From: Octopus bimaculoides
Lineage: Eukaryota
Length of the DNA: 64,000 nucleotides
Direction of reading: 5' to 3'
Assembly (NCBI RefSeq): GCF_001194135.2
Contig: NC_068993.1
Coordinates: 42,478,486-42,542,485, forward strand
Shown here piece after piece: positions 39,994-50,954 of this stretch. Within the stretch, counting starts at the first letter, position 1, and every line of letters begins with the position of its first letter. Below the pieces are notes generated by a model. It was given only the letters and a program-made list of their open reading frames with translations. It searched no databases and was not told the DNA's origin. Made by a program: the position numbers and the translations under genes.

Positions 39994-40478
39994 TACACTC
40001 TCTGAGTGGTTGGCGTTAGGAAGGGCATCCGGCTGTAGAAACTCTGCCAAATTTAGATTGGAGCCTGGTGTTGCCATCCGGTTTCACCAGTCCTCAGTCA
40101 AGTCGTCCAACCCATGCTAGCATGGAAAGCGGACGTTAAACCATGATGATGATGATTATTATTATTATTATTATGGTTCCTGTGCAGGTGGCATGTAATG
40201 CCGCTGGACTGGCTCTTGTGCAGGTGGCACATAAAATACACCATTTTGAGCGTGGCCGTTGCCAGTACCACCTGACTAGCCTTCGTGCTGGTGGCACGTA
40301 AAAAAGCACCCAGTACACTCTCGGAGTGGTTGGCGTTAGGAAGGGCATCCAGCTGGAGAAACTCTGCCAAATCAGATTGGAGCCTGGTGTAGCTATCTGG
40401 TTTCACCAGTCCTCAGTCAAATCGTCCAACCCATGCTAGCATGGAAGGCGGACGTTAAACGATGGTGATGATGATGAT
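39993..40478 (+). mobile_element. Two tandem copies of a SINE 3' part (family E), (GAT)n tails
   Basis: TACACTCTC.GAGTGGTTGGCGTTAGGAAGGGCATCC.GCTG...CCCATGCTAGCATGGAA.GCGGACGTTAAAC at ~39993-40151 and ~40314-40478. Confidence 0.8.
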
Positions 40479-40579
40479 GATGATTTTAATTAATGATCTA
40501 CCTTCATGTTTACCATATCCCATCATTTGTTCCCCTATATACTTAATTCACCCCCTGTTTCCCTGTTTTCTTTCTGCAG

Positions 40580-40650
40580 CTTTGAAGAATTTACGAAAAT
40601 TAAATTTGAACAGTACCTGCCTTTCAGCTCTGACCTTTGAAGGTCTCAAG
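40580..40650 (+). CDS. CMIP: CMIP orthologue, penultimate coding exon
   Basis: tgcag|CT TTG AAG...CTC AAG|gtaagg; phase 1 acceptor fits the previous exon; (A)LKNLRKLNLNSTCLSALTFEGLK. Confidence 0.93.
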
Positions 40651-41275
40651 GTAAGGTTCCTTCTAACAGAGGCACGTCTACTTGGTTACTCCATCTTCTA
40701 GACATACCAGTCGAATGCATCTTGCATGCATCGAATGCATCTTTTTAAATAAAATAAAATGGCCATCACAAAATACAGCAATATATATATATATATATAT
40801 CAAAGATCCCTATGGATCACACAGGTTGTAATCCTTTGAAACATATGTAGGAATAAAGTATGCAATTATAACATGCGTTTTCTCCATTCCTTAAATTCTT
40901 AAATATACTCAAATACCCAAAATTTCAAGGAGTTCCTGCCTTAAAAACAGGAACTAAACCACAGTTATTTTGTGTTCTTTGCTACATTGGTTTCTATTAA
41001 CCCATTTATTCTATCAGAAGAATTTTTATTCATTAAGATAGAAGAAATACACATAATTATATATATATATGTACCTNNNNNNNNNNNNNNNNNNNNNNNN
41101 NNNNNNNNNNNNNNNNNNNNNNNNNNNNNNNNNATATATATATATATATATATATACACACGCACACACAGAGATAAACTTCGTTTTTGTCCCTTATATG
41201 GGATATTTAAATCTCCCTTGACACAACAAAGCACATATATAAATCTTTTCTTTCTTTGTTTTTCCCTTCCTGCAG

Positions 41276-41329
41276 GAGAAACTTCCTGCCCTCCAAGAAT
41301 GTGACGTCAGATACACTGAAGCATGGTGA
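41276..41329 (+). CDS. CMIP: CMIP orthologue, terminal coding exon
   Basis: Polypyrimidine tract, tgcag|GAG; EKLPALQECDVRYTEAW* matches the recalled CMIP terminus AKLPNLKEVDVRYTEAW. Confidence 0.95.
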   Translation, partial: EKLPALQECDVRYTEAW

Positions 41330-41449
41330 GAACCCTGATGCTGCCACAACACCCCCTGGGACATCAGCAAATCAAATTTACAGGTGGAATAAGCAGAAGC
41401 AGATACAAGCTACAAGAACCTTGTTACACCTTCACATACCAATGCCTCT

Positions 41450-42272
41450 GTCTCTATGGCAACGGTTTGAAAAAAAAAAAAAAATGTTCTTTCCATGGTA
41501 GCAACCATAAACATTTCTTTTGGTGACTATAAATCGAAGACTCTAGTCCTAAAGGTTCTTGAGTCAAATGTGACTCGTGCAGTTTTAGCAGTCGAGTCTT
41601 CAGTCAAAAAATAAAAACAAAATAAACAAGACAAAAACTGGAAAAGACTTTCACAAAACTTTCTATGGCAACTATAGAATTTTCTCATGGCAACGACTAT
41701 ATTTCCATAGCAACGCAACTATCTCCATGGTGACTCATATATCTGCATGGCGACGCAACTATCTCCATGGTGATCCATATATCTCCATGGCAACATCAAA
41801 TTTTTCCCATTGTATTATCAATGTACTCTATAGTGACTTATCAAATGTCAACACAGTCTCCTTGGCAACCACCAACAACATCACTAGGGCAAACCCCCAA
41901 CACGACATTGTTTCTATGGCAATGCTGACATTTGTTTCTATGGTAATGTCTGCTTTGTGTCCATCTATGCCTGCCAAATCATTAACCTTTTTTTTTTTGT
42001 TTTTTGTTTGTTTTTTCTCCATGGCAACCTCATATTCTCGTTGGCAACATTAAACTCTCCTTCATTTACACCAATGTTACCATAGCAACTCCAACTACTC
42101 CATGACATCATCTGTTCCATGACAACAGTTACTGTCCCCCATGACAACACGGTATCACCTCTAGCAACCCCCCAACATCATCACTATGGTTACCAACACC
42201 GGCATATCTCACTCCCACACACCCATTTGAAATCTTTGCTTCCGTGGTGACATATATTGTATCCATGGTAAC
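41450..42272 (+). promoter_or_regulatory. Homotypic cluster of RFX X-box-like motifs in the putative 3' UTR
   Basis: Exact RTHNYYWTRRNRAC matches at 41450, 41701, 41721, 41781, 41856, 42076 (GTTACCATAGCAAC), 42259, plus about a dozen near matches; function is inferred. Confidence 0.55.
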
Positions 42273-42563
42273 AAGTGTATGTCCCATGGTGTTCAAGAAC
42301 CATTCAAACACTTCCTGTTGTTGTTGTTGTTGTTGCTGCCAACAGTCCAGTTTTCAAGAGAAAGCCTTGACATCAGTTTTGTAATTAAGTTTCTCGTTTA
42401 GATGTTTTCAGGTTTCATTATCTGCTCAAAGACATGTGTTCCAATATTAAGGGTTTAGCTACATGTTTCACTAAGCATGTTGACTTATTATTATTATTAT
42501 TACTTTTATTATTATTAGGAGAGTATTGTAGTTCGCTTGAAGCATTGTGTATTGCATGTAAAG

Positions 42564-42569
42564 AATAAA
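42564..42569 (+). terminator. Candidate CMIP polyadenylation signal
   Basis: AATAAA about 1.24 kb after the stop and just before repeat DNA resumes; position only, no transcript evidence. Confidence 0.3.
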
Positions 42570-42598
42570 AAGTTTTGAACGGTACAAGAATGCACTAT

Positions 42599-42815
42599 AA
42601 TACCAAAAAAATGGACTATATACCTGTTGTAATTTAGTTATCCATAGTCCAATGATATTTCGGAATTACAATTCCTTCATCAGATATTCTTAGATGGAGT
42701 CACTGCTATAATCGGTTTTCCATCTAAGAATATCTGAAGAAGGAATTGTATTCTGAAATATCATCACACTATGGATAACCAAATTACAACAGGTATATAG
42801 TCCATTTTTTGTATT
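42599..42815. mobile_element. Fold-back element: ~97-bp arms, 20-bp spacer, an HHR-type core in each arm
   Basis: Arms 42599-42698 and 42719-42815 are roughly 90% complementary; minus strand CTGATGA-A-GGAAT-TGTA-ATTCC-GAAA-TATC, plus strand CTGAAGA-A-GGAATTGTATTCT-GAAA-TATC. Confidence 0.8.
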
Positions 42816-42822
42816 TTTATTT

Positions 42823-42873
<51 letters not shown>

Positions 42874-42874
<1 letters not shown>

Positions 42875-43084
42875 AGGGAGCTGGCAGAATTGTTAGCAAG
42901 TTGGATGAATTGCTTAGCAGCAATTTGTCCATCTTTACATTCTGAGTTCAAATTCTGCTGAGGTGAACTTCGCTTTTTATCCTTTCGGGGGTTGATAAAA
43001 TAAGAACTAGTTGAACAATGTGGGTCGATATAATAAACTTACATTTCACCTGAAATTGCTGGCCTTGTGCCTAAATTTGAAACC
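42874..43084 (+). mobile_element. Family A SINE, partly CpG-decayed
   Basis: GGGAGCTGGCAGAATTGTTAGC...CTGAGTTCAAATTCTGCTGAGG...CCTTTCGGGG. Confidence 0.8.
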
Positions 43085-43107
43085 TTTATTGTTATTATTA
43101 TCATTAA

Positions 43108-43331
43108 CCCTTTTGTTAGCATTTTTCTGTTGAGATGTTCTGTGTTTCTTTCAATTAATTTTAAATATAACAAAGAATTTAGTAAAATAACTTAGTTATC
43201 ATTAAGCTAGTGTTAGGAACATAAATTGTGACTAAAGTTTGATGGAAGATTTTAATTCAAAACTTATGAAAATAAGACATTTGTACTACAGAGAGCCAGA
43301 GGTGGTTTCAACCAGGTTGGTACCAAAGGGG
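43108..43331. mobile_element. piggyBac-type MITE, copy 1
   Basis: TTAA|CCCTTTTGTTAGC...GGTACCAAAGGGG|TTAA. Confidence 0.8.
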
Positions 43332-43362
43332 TTAAGAATTGTTTCTCTATTATATATTTTGA

Positions 43363-43556
43363 CCCTTTTGTTACCATATTTCTGTTGAGATGTTCTGTGT
43401 TTCTTTCAATCAATTTTAAATATAACAAAGAATTTAGTAAAATAACTTAGTTATTTATCTAAGATTTGGTAGAAGATTTTAATTCAGAACTTTTGAAAAC
43501 AAGACATTTGTACTACAGAGCCAAAAGCAGTTTCAACCAGGTTGGTATCAAAAGGA
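43363..43556. mobile_element. piggyBac-type MITE, copy 2 (internal deletion)
   Basis: TTGA|CCCTTTTGTTACCA...TGGTATCAAAAGGA|TTAA. Confidence 0.75.
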
Positions 43557-43580
43557 TTAAAAATATCATGGTGACTTTAA

Positions 43581-43798
43581 CCCTTTTGTTACCATATTTC
43601 TGTTGAGATGCTCTATGTTTCTTTCAATTAATTTTAAATGTAACAAAGAATTTAGTAAAATAACTTAGTTATTAGTCAGTGTTAAGAACATAAATTGTGA
43701 CTAAGGTTTGGTGGAAGATTTGAATTCAGAACTTTTCAAAACAAAACGTTTGTACTACAGAACCAGAGGTGGTTTCAGCCGGGTTAGTAAGAAAAGGG
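43581..43798. mobile_element. piggyBac-type MITE, copy 3
   Basis: TTAA|CCCTTTTGTTACCA...TAGTAAGAAAAGGG|TTAA. Confidence 0.8.
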
Positions 43799-44179
43799 TT
43801 AAAAAGGCAAGCTGGTAGAATCGTTAGCCTAGTGGCATTTCTTCCAACATTTCATATATATACATATATATTCAGTAAAATAAAGAGACCCCTTAATTGT
43901 TGGAAGATCAACAAGAGTAATATGGAGGGAATCCCATACTAAATGTCCAGGATTATTCAGCCATTTTTAAGGCATAGGAAGAGCCCTCTTTCAGGTTTTT
44001 TCCCTCCTAATCAGAGCAGGCCCCTTCAGACACACCTATCCTGCCACTCTCATCCACCTTTCGTTAAACACACTAGAAGACATCTCTCTCTCTTTCTCTC
44101 NNNNNNNNNNCGTATACATACGCACTCACACACACATAATTATCATTGACAATTAATCAAATCATGCCTTCAACAGTGG

Positions 44180-45400
44180 CTGCGTTTAAGCACGCTAAGC
44201 TTTCAAGTCTACTTTAACATTCTTACTAAACTAAACGGCAAATTTGCCTATTAGTATGCAGAAGATTATTGAGACATATAGTAATGCATCTTTCTAAATC
44301 GCCAGCAGATTTAGATATCTCCTGCCATGAGCTGCACATTCTACAACAGTTTTTTATAATCATGTGGTAGTCATCTTTTGGCTTAAACTAGTAACTTTGC
44401 CACATGTGAGCCCAGCGTTAAAAGGACAAGTTCATTCACAAATATTTTGAGCAAAATTTATCAATCAATTTCACAAATTGTTCGGTTCTTCTGCAGCTTC
44501 CTCATACTTAATATCGCTAAGGTATAATTATCCAAAGTTCCTTGCACTCTTTCTGTAGTAGTACCAATTAAAAACATTTGCTACTCGTTTGATGTCGCTA
44601 CAAATGTTTTTTATCGAATATTTAAATAATCCTTAAGCCACAACCTTTATTAATCCCTCGGGCGACATCCGCGTACAATCTCATCATGCCTCATGTATTC
44701 CGATTATCTCTGGTCATTTTTCTGTACCTGATTTCTGATTCCACGTGCACGTTGTTCTATGCAATTATCTCAAAGCTTAAGGTTTCAGCTGACCTCAAAT
44801 TATCTGTGCATGGGATCCTTAAGAACCAAATAACATGTAGAATATTCCAGAAACATCTCCGATCAAAATTCTCAAGAGGTCTTACAATTTCGCTTGATCC
44901 ATGTGTCATACAAGCAAATAAAGCGAGTCAGGCACGGTTCACAGAGTGTCTTTTATGAACCGTGTGGTGCCTTATTGAGAACAAAACATGAGACGCAATC
45001 ATTTTAAATTAATCCGTTGATTTATGAAGCTTATCGGTATTTTAGTAACCTAGATGTATCAACAGTTGAGTGTGATGTCTGAGTAGAAAACAATTGTCTA
45101 CAATTTTCAGTCATGTTACTTTAGATACAATACATGTTTAAGGTATTTTTCATGGCTAGGCTGGAACATTACATTGGTCATGTTCAGGATGCTACTAAGA
45201 TGCCTTAATAAGTGCAAAAATCTTATGCATGACAAATTTCAGTATCTTCCAATAAATCTGAGACATTTGGCCTGCAGAAGAGCTTTAAGTGAAATACCTT
45301 AATCTTTCGGCATATATCTTTGTGTTTCCGTCACTGGACTGGTACCATGCTAGATCACTGTGTTAAGGATTGTAATTGATCAAATCGACACAAGAACCAA
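44180..45400 (-). mobile_element. Degraded RTE-clade LINE
   Basis: Minus-strand RPLENFDRRCFWNILHVIW resembles the RTE motif RLLERFHQRCLRxILxIxW; boundaries approximate. Confidence 0.55.
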
Positions 45401-45499
45401 CATATTAAAATCTAGAACTTCTACCGATTTCTTTTCATGTTAATTTGCCTAGAGTTGGAGAGACACCCAGCCACAAACACACATATATATATAGATATA

Positions 45500-45575
45500 T
45501 ATATATATATATATATATACAGGAGAATTTACGAAACAAACAACAACAGACGAGGACAGGTGGTGTAAACAACAC
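45500..45575 (-). mobile_element. Tail fragment related to the 940-1000 segment (Penelope-like terminal repeat, inferred)
   Basis: GAATTTACGAAACAAACAACAACAGACGAGGACAGGTGGTGTAAACAAC vs GGAAATTACAAAAGAACAAAACAAAAGACGAAGACGGGTGTGAAAACAAC. Confidence 0.45.
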
Positions 45576-45596
45576 TTGTGTGTGTACATATATATA

Positions 45597-45758
45597 TGGT
45601 CTTCCATACAGTTTCCATCTACTGAATTCGCTCGCAAGGCATTGGTGGGCCCCGGACTATAATAGAAGACACCTGTTCATGTTGCCGTGCTGTGGGACTG
45701 ACTCAGAAACCACATGGCTGCAAAGCGATCTTCTTAATTACACATATGCCTGCACCTA
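45597..45758 (-). mobile_element. Family B SINE 5' part
   Basis: CAGTTTCCATCTAC...CAAGGCATTGGTGGGCCCGG.ACTATAATAGAAGACAC...CCACATGG. Confidence 0.7.
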
Positions 45759-48192
45759 GAAATCATAATAATAGATGCAGATCAGTTATTAGAATTATGG
45801 TCTCTTCTTGCAGTTATAGGTATATTTGGGCGCAACCAGAATTTAGAATGTGAACGGTCATCCTATATTTCTGCTAATACCAAAATGTTTAATAGTATTC
45901 ATTCTTATGTCATGCACTTTCCTTCCCATATAACACCAGTTCTTGCAGTGTTGAGACAAACAACATTTTATAATTATATGGAGAATTAGTATCCTATTCA
46001 CTCTTTCTGAAATCTAAGAGACATGTGTAAAATGAAGTTGTTTTACCGAGTTATTACACGTATACACTATAAATGTAAAATGAGAGAAATGGCTTTATCA
46101 AAACAAATGTAAATTATGTATTAGAATTTTCGGCTCTAAGTAGACGGCAGATAACTTACTTAACTTTATGAAAGATAACGCTTTATGTTTTGAAGCAATA
46201 GTTATTTTTAGACACTGAAAACTAAAATATAGAAATAAATGCATCAATGCACATGCCTACTTACGTAATCTTATATTAATGCATATGTATGTATGTTTAT
46301 ATGTGTCTGTGTATAAAAACATCTACTTAGATTACGTAATCACTTACTGACTTATCACATTGAAAACTGCAACAGGAACTACAGTGAAATTATTATCCAT
46401 ATTCCTTGCTTTCCTATGCTCATCAACATCTAAGCAACATATGTTGATGATTTATTGTTCTCATCTTTTGCTGAATATCTTTGACAGTTATGCATCGAAA
46501 ACGTTCCAAATTACCGGAAGCGGCAAATAAGAAGAAAAAAAAACAGAAACAGTAATACATAGGAATTGGTAATATTCTCTTTATCTTTGTTTTCGTTATT
46601 CTCGAAGCGTGTCAAATATGGTAAACTTGATAATATTTGACACCTCGGTTTTCTGTATGCTAAAGGATTGTATATTCCAGATGTGTTACATATGAAGTAG
46701 ACAACTAAAACCGACACACACCAACAGATATATCCAACACACTGTAAAACTAATAAAAATGGTCTAAAATAATCAGAGATTATTTGAAAGATAAACACAT
46801 ATGGCAGAATACATTTCGAATAATTGACGAGACTTTCATCATTAAATGAAATTTTGGTTGGAACGAATTTTTGTTTTCTGTGCAAGCAATAAATTCTGTC
46901 TGGCAGAAATATATTGTCAATTCCACTTAAGCCATTCAAAATATTGAATGACAGACCTAGAGGTACGCTATTTCCCCGCTGTGTCATCAAATTTAAGTAA
47001 ATAAGAATGAATAATTCAAAATTCAAATTCGAAGCAATAATAAATATCTGATGTTAACGCTAACAAACGAGTAGAAAATTACGAAGTGGTTAATAGTTTT
47101 ATCTTTATATTTCTTGTGAAATGATGTCTTGATGGAAATACTTGATTCTATTATCTGATCAACGTCATGGAAGTACTGTGTTATTCAACTTTAGACCAGC
47201 TCAAGGGAATACCTCTATTTACTTTCCTTTAATGATAGTTAAACCTATCGCGATTTTGCATATGAAACAGGCAACAAACAATTACTAGTTAGCTCATAGT
47301 GGGAGCTTTAGGTTTACTATATGAACGCTACTTAATGGGGAAAAAATCTATTATTTTGATTGTACTCAGGAAAAATTGAAAGAATTCATTCTAGTTAAAA
47401 AGGTGTTTTGTTTATTATGAATACCACAAAGTGTCTTGAAATAGAATCAATTATTTAAGCTCTCAACAAGCTACACTCTATGAATATTGTTTTTTTTTAA
47501 TTGCTACATAAATACAATTTTTAGACTGGACTCTGTCTAATATATCCGATAAGTGTTTTCATAGACTTACTTTTATCCTTCGATATTGGACATTTCTATA
47601 ATCCAAGACTACTGTCATACTCTTAGATCGTGCTATGTCCATCATTACAAATAACATATGCAATGCAGGAGTTATATTTAACCGTTTCCTGCTCTAAAAT
47701 ACATCCAACAGTAAATATTTAAGGAAGTATATGAATTTAAGTTTTATTATCGTACTAACTGAATTGGTATGGTTCCAACATATTAATAAAAACTTACATG
47801 GCATGTATCAGGTCAGACGACAGGATTCGCTCATTATCTCTACTCTGCTACCACGAGTAGTAGCGTAGATAAACTGTGAAAAAATAAAGGGTTACGAGAG
47901 AACAAATTGATGCTACATGCAAATTGATGCGATGTTAAAAGTATTATTTGCTTTCTCTAGTATAAAAATAAATACACATTTTTACTGAATTTTTTTTTGT
48001 AAAATCTATAATGAACTAAAGTCGTCTAAGATTGGCACGTTAAAGTCTTCTAAATAAAATAATGTATTTATATTGATAAAAAAAAATACAAATACCTCAA
48101 AGTTGGAAATTTCAGTTTAAAAATTGCTAAAGGAGTGAGATCTTACAATAAAGATATTAAATCCTATGAAAAGTATAAATCAAATAATGAAT

Positions 48193-48229
<37 letters not shown>

Positions 48230-48393
48230 NNNNNNNNNNNNNNNNNNNNNNNNNNNNNNNNNNNNNNNNNNNNNNNNNNNNNNNNNNNNNNNNNNNNNNN
48301 NNNNNNNNNNNNNNNNNNNNNNNNNNNNNNNNNNNNNNNNNNNNNNNNNNNNNNNNNNNNNNNNNNNNNNNNNNNNNNNNNNNNNNNNNNNNN

Positions 48394-48446
<53 letters not shown>

Positions 48447-50661
48447 ATAACATTGCATTATCTTTATTCATATCTGTCTTCAACTGATTTACTATCACTT
48501 ACTAATCTGATCACAATTCTTCTTCATTGGTGAATATGCAAAAAATATTTTTGTATTTTTAACAAAATATTTTCAGGAATAACAACAATAAAAAGGAAAA
48601 TCACATCAAAATACTAGTTTTAATTTAATTCATCGGCTTTATTTGGATATAATAACAAATAATTCTTTCGTTCAAGCATTTTGATATTTTCGTATCGTTC
48701 CTATCGCCAATGCTAAAGTCTTGAAGTGTTTATCTGTTGTTATTTTTTTTCTCCAAGAAAAAACAAAACAGATATATATCTTTAAAAAAATAGTTCCAAT
48801 TCTTTCTTTCATTAACCCATACGTGTCTTATCCTTAGATATTTTTCTTGATCTTATAAACACAAAGTTGATTACATTGAAATCTGCTCCGGTCAGAAATT
48901 CTAAACACACATATATGTTCTTTTTTAGTATTGGATGGATATTTCCATTCAGTTTATAGCAGATAAAAATACAAGATAATACATATTAACCCTCACCCTT
49001 ATTATAAAACATCACTCAGTTATTAATCTTTTGTCTTAAATGTTCGATAAACAATATGTTTAGATGTCGATTATTCACTTTTTTTACAATGTATCATTTC
49101 AGGCTGTTAATGGAATAATATATCTCGTTCAGAGCATATTAACTTTCATTCAAAAATATTACAATACATTCTCCATGGAACATTTCGAAATACCAAACCG
49201 AATACTTTAACTGATTCTCACACATCGCTAAATCTTTCCGGTCCATACAATGTAATCAGTCTTCCAAAAATGAAAATTACATCTCTCGGTGAACATTATA
49301 TTCTGAAAAACAGTAAACCAAGGCGATTAATGTTCAATAACATCTCATCAACAAAACTAAGAGACCATATGAAGAATACAGCTAAAAAAATATTCCTAAT
49401 AAAAAGAAATGTAATCAATAAAATAAAGAGATATTTAGTCGGTAAAGGTTACCTAAACATTGTGCTTTTACAGTGAATAGAATATAACCGAAATTACAGA
49501 ATAGCAAACTAGCTGTGAAATGTTGATGTGTCGTCTTTAATGACGCTAACATAAAGTCTTCAACCGTTTAAAAAGTAGTTTGTGGTCATCATTCTATATG
49601 AAAAAAGTTCATTTTGCGTCACTCAGTGGAAAATATTAAATAGCCTTGAAAAACAACCTTGCTTTCTTCATACGTTTTGATCTTTATACAAATATTATTC
49701 AAATTTGACTAATAGCAAACTGACGAAGCATAATTTTCTTACATATATTAAATGGCTAAAAACTCTACATTATCTTTAATGGAGCAATATTCTTCAAAAG
49801 ACGTAACCTGTATATATTACCTTGATATGCTATACACATCAGACTGTAAAAGAATAATATAGCTATGATTTATATTTCAACACACTGGAAAGTACATTAC
49901 TTTTTATTCTACTAACACGATCTTTTATTAGTTGAATCAAAACTACATTTTTATAGAATCCCCATAAAATAACTTCTGGCAATTTACTGATGCTGCAGTA
50001 AAAAAGAAATGGTTGCTGTTTCCATAAATGTTAAATCGTAATTATTATGTTTCAATTTCTAATATTTCTTGCAAATATTTTTCTCAACGTGTCTAATTAT
50101 TCCATAAAATGAACCCTAAAATCAAATAACAACTAGAATGGGACAAAAATGGAAATCATTGGTAGAAAATATCAATCATAAAATAAATATTCATAAGCAA
50201 AAAGCTATCTTTCATGAGATTATGGTCATCATAAGTAGACAGTCTGAGAAGCAACGTAAACATTTCAAAACGAGGAATATGATAATAGTCGAAGTTTAAC
50301 TTTTAAAATTACTTTCACTAAATGTGGAAAATATACAAAAATAACTGTTTGCTATCGAAAAGTGAATGTAATGGGAATGTAGAAATAAAAGAGCGATGGA
50401 ATATAATTGATAAACTGTCTGCAACTATCAAAGGTTCTAAAGTGCTATCTATCATCTCATACAGTCACTTGTTTAATTTTCCTATTCGGTCGAAGAAATT
50501 ATTTACTCTCGCTCTTTCGTTCTGTCTTTCCATGTCTCCCACTCAATTCCCTTTCCCTTTCTCTCTGTTTCTTTCTCTCTTTCTCTTTCTCTCTCACTCT
50601 CTCTCCCCCTCTCTTGCTCTTTCTAAATCATCCAAACTTCTTTACGTTTCTCCCTTTCTTT

Positions 50662-50701
<40 letters not shown>

Positions 50702-50882
50702 TACATATATACATGTGTCTGCATACACACACATATGAACATGTGCAAATATATATATCTATATACACAATGAGGTCTGTCTATTTACTTTTCAAATATC
50801 TGTGTACGCATACATGTACATATATCTATGTCTATGTCTATATCTATTTCCCTATACATACAGCTCTATCTCTATCTCTCTT

Positions 50883-50954
<72 letters not shown>

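Noticed and set aside
41659-41800. 20-bp periodic array as a CRISPR
   Set aside because: Eukaryotic context, no unique spacers of suitable length and no cas genes.
46511-47026. 171-aa minus-strand ORF, the longest non-repetitive one outside TEs
   Set aside because: No recognisable domain or splice context; composition is typical of AT-rich chance ORFs.
47903-47930. CAAATTGATGC direct repeat containing an octamer ATGCAAAT
   Set aside because: Such short motifs are expected by chance in AT-rich DNA; no conservation data.
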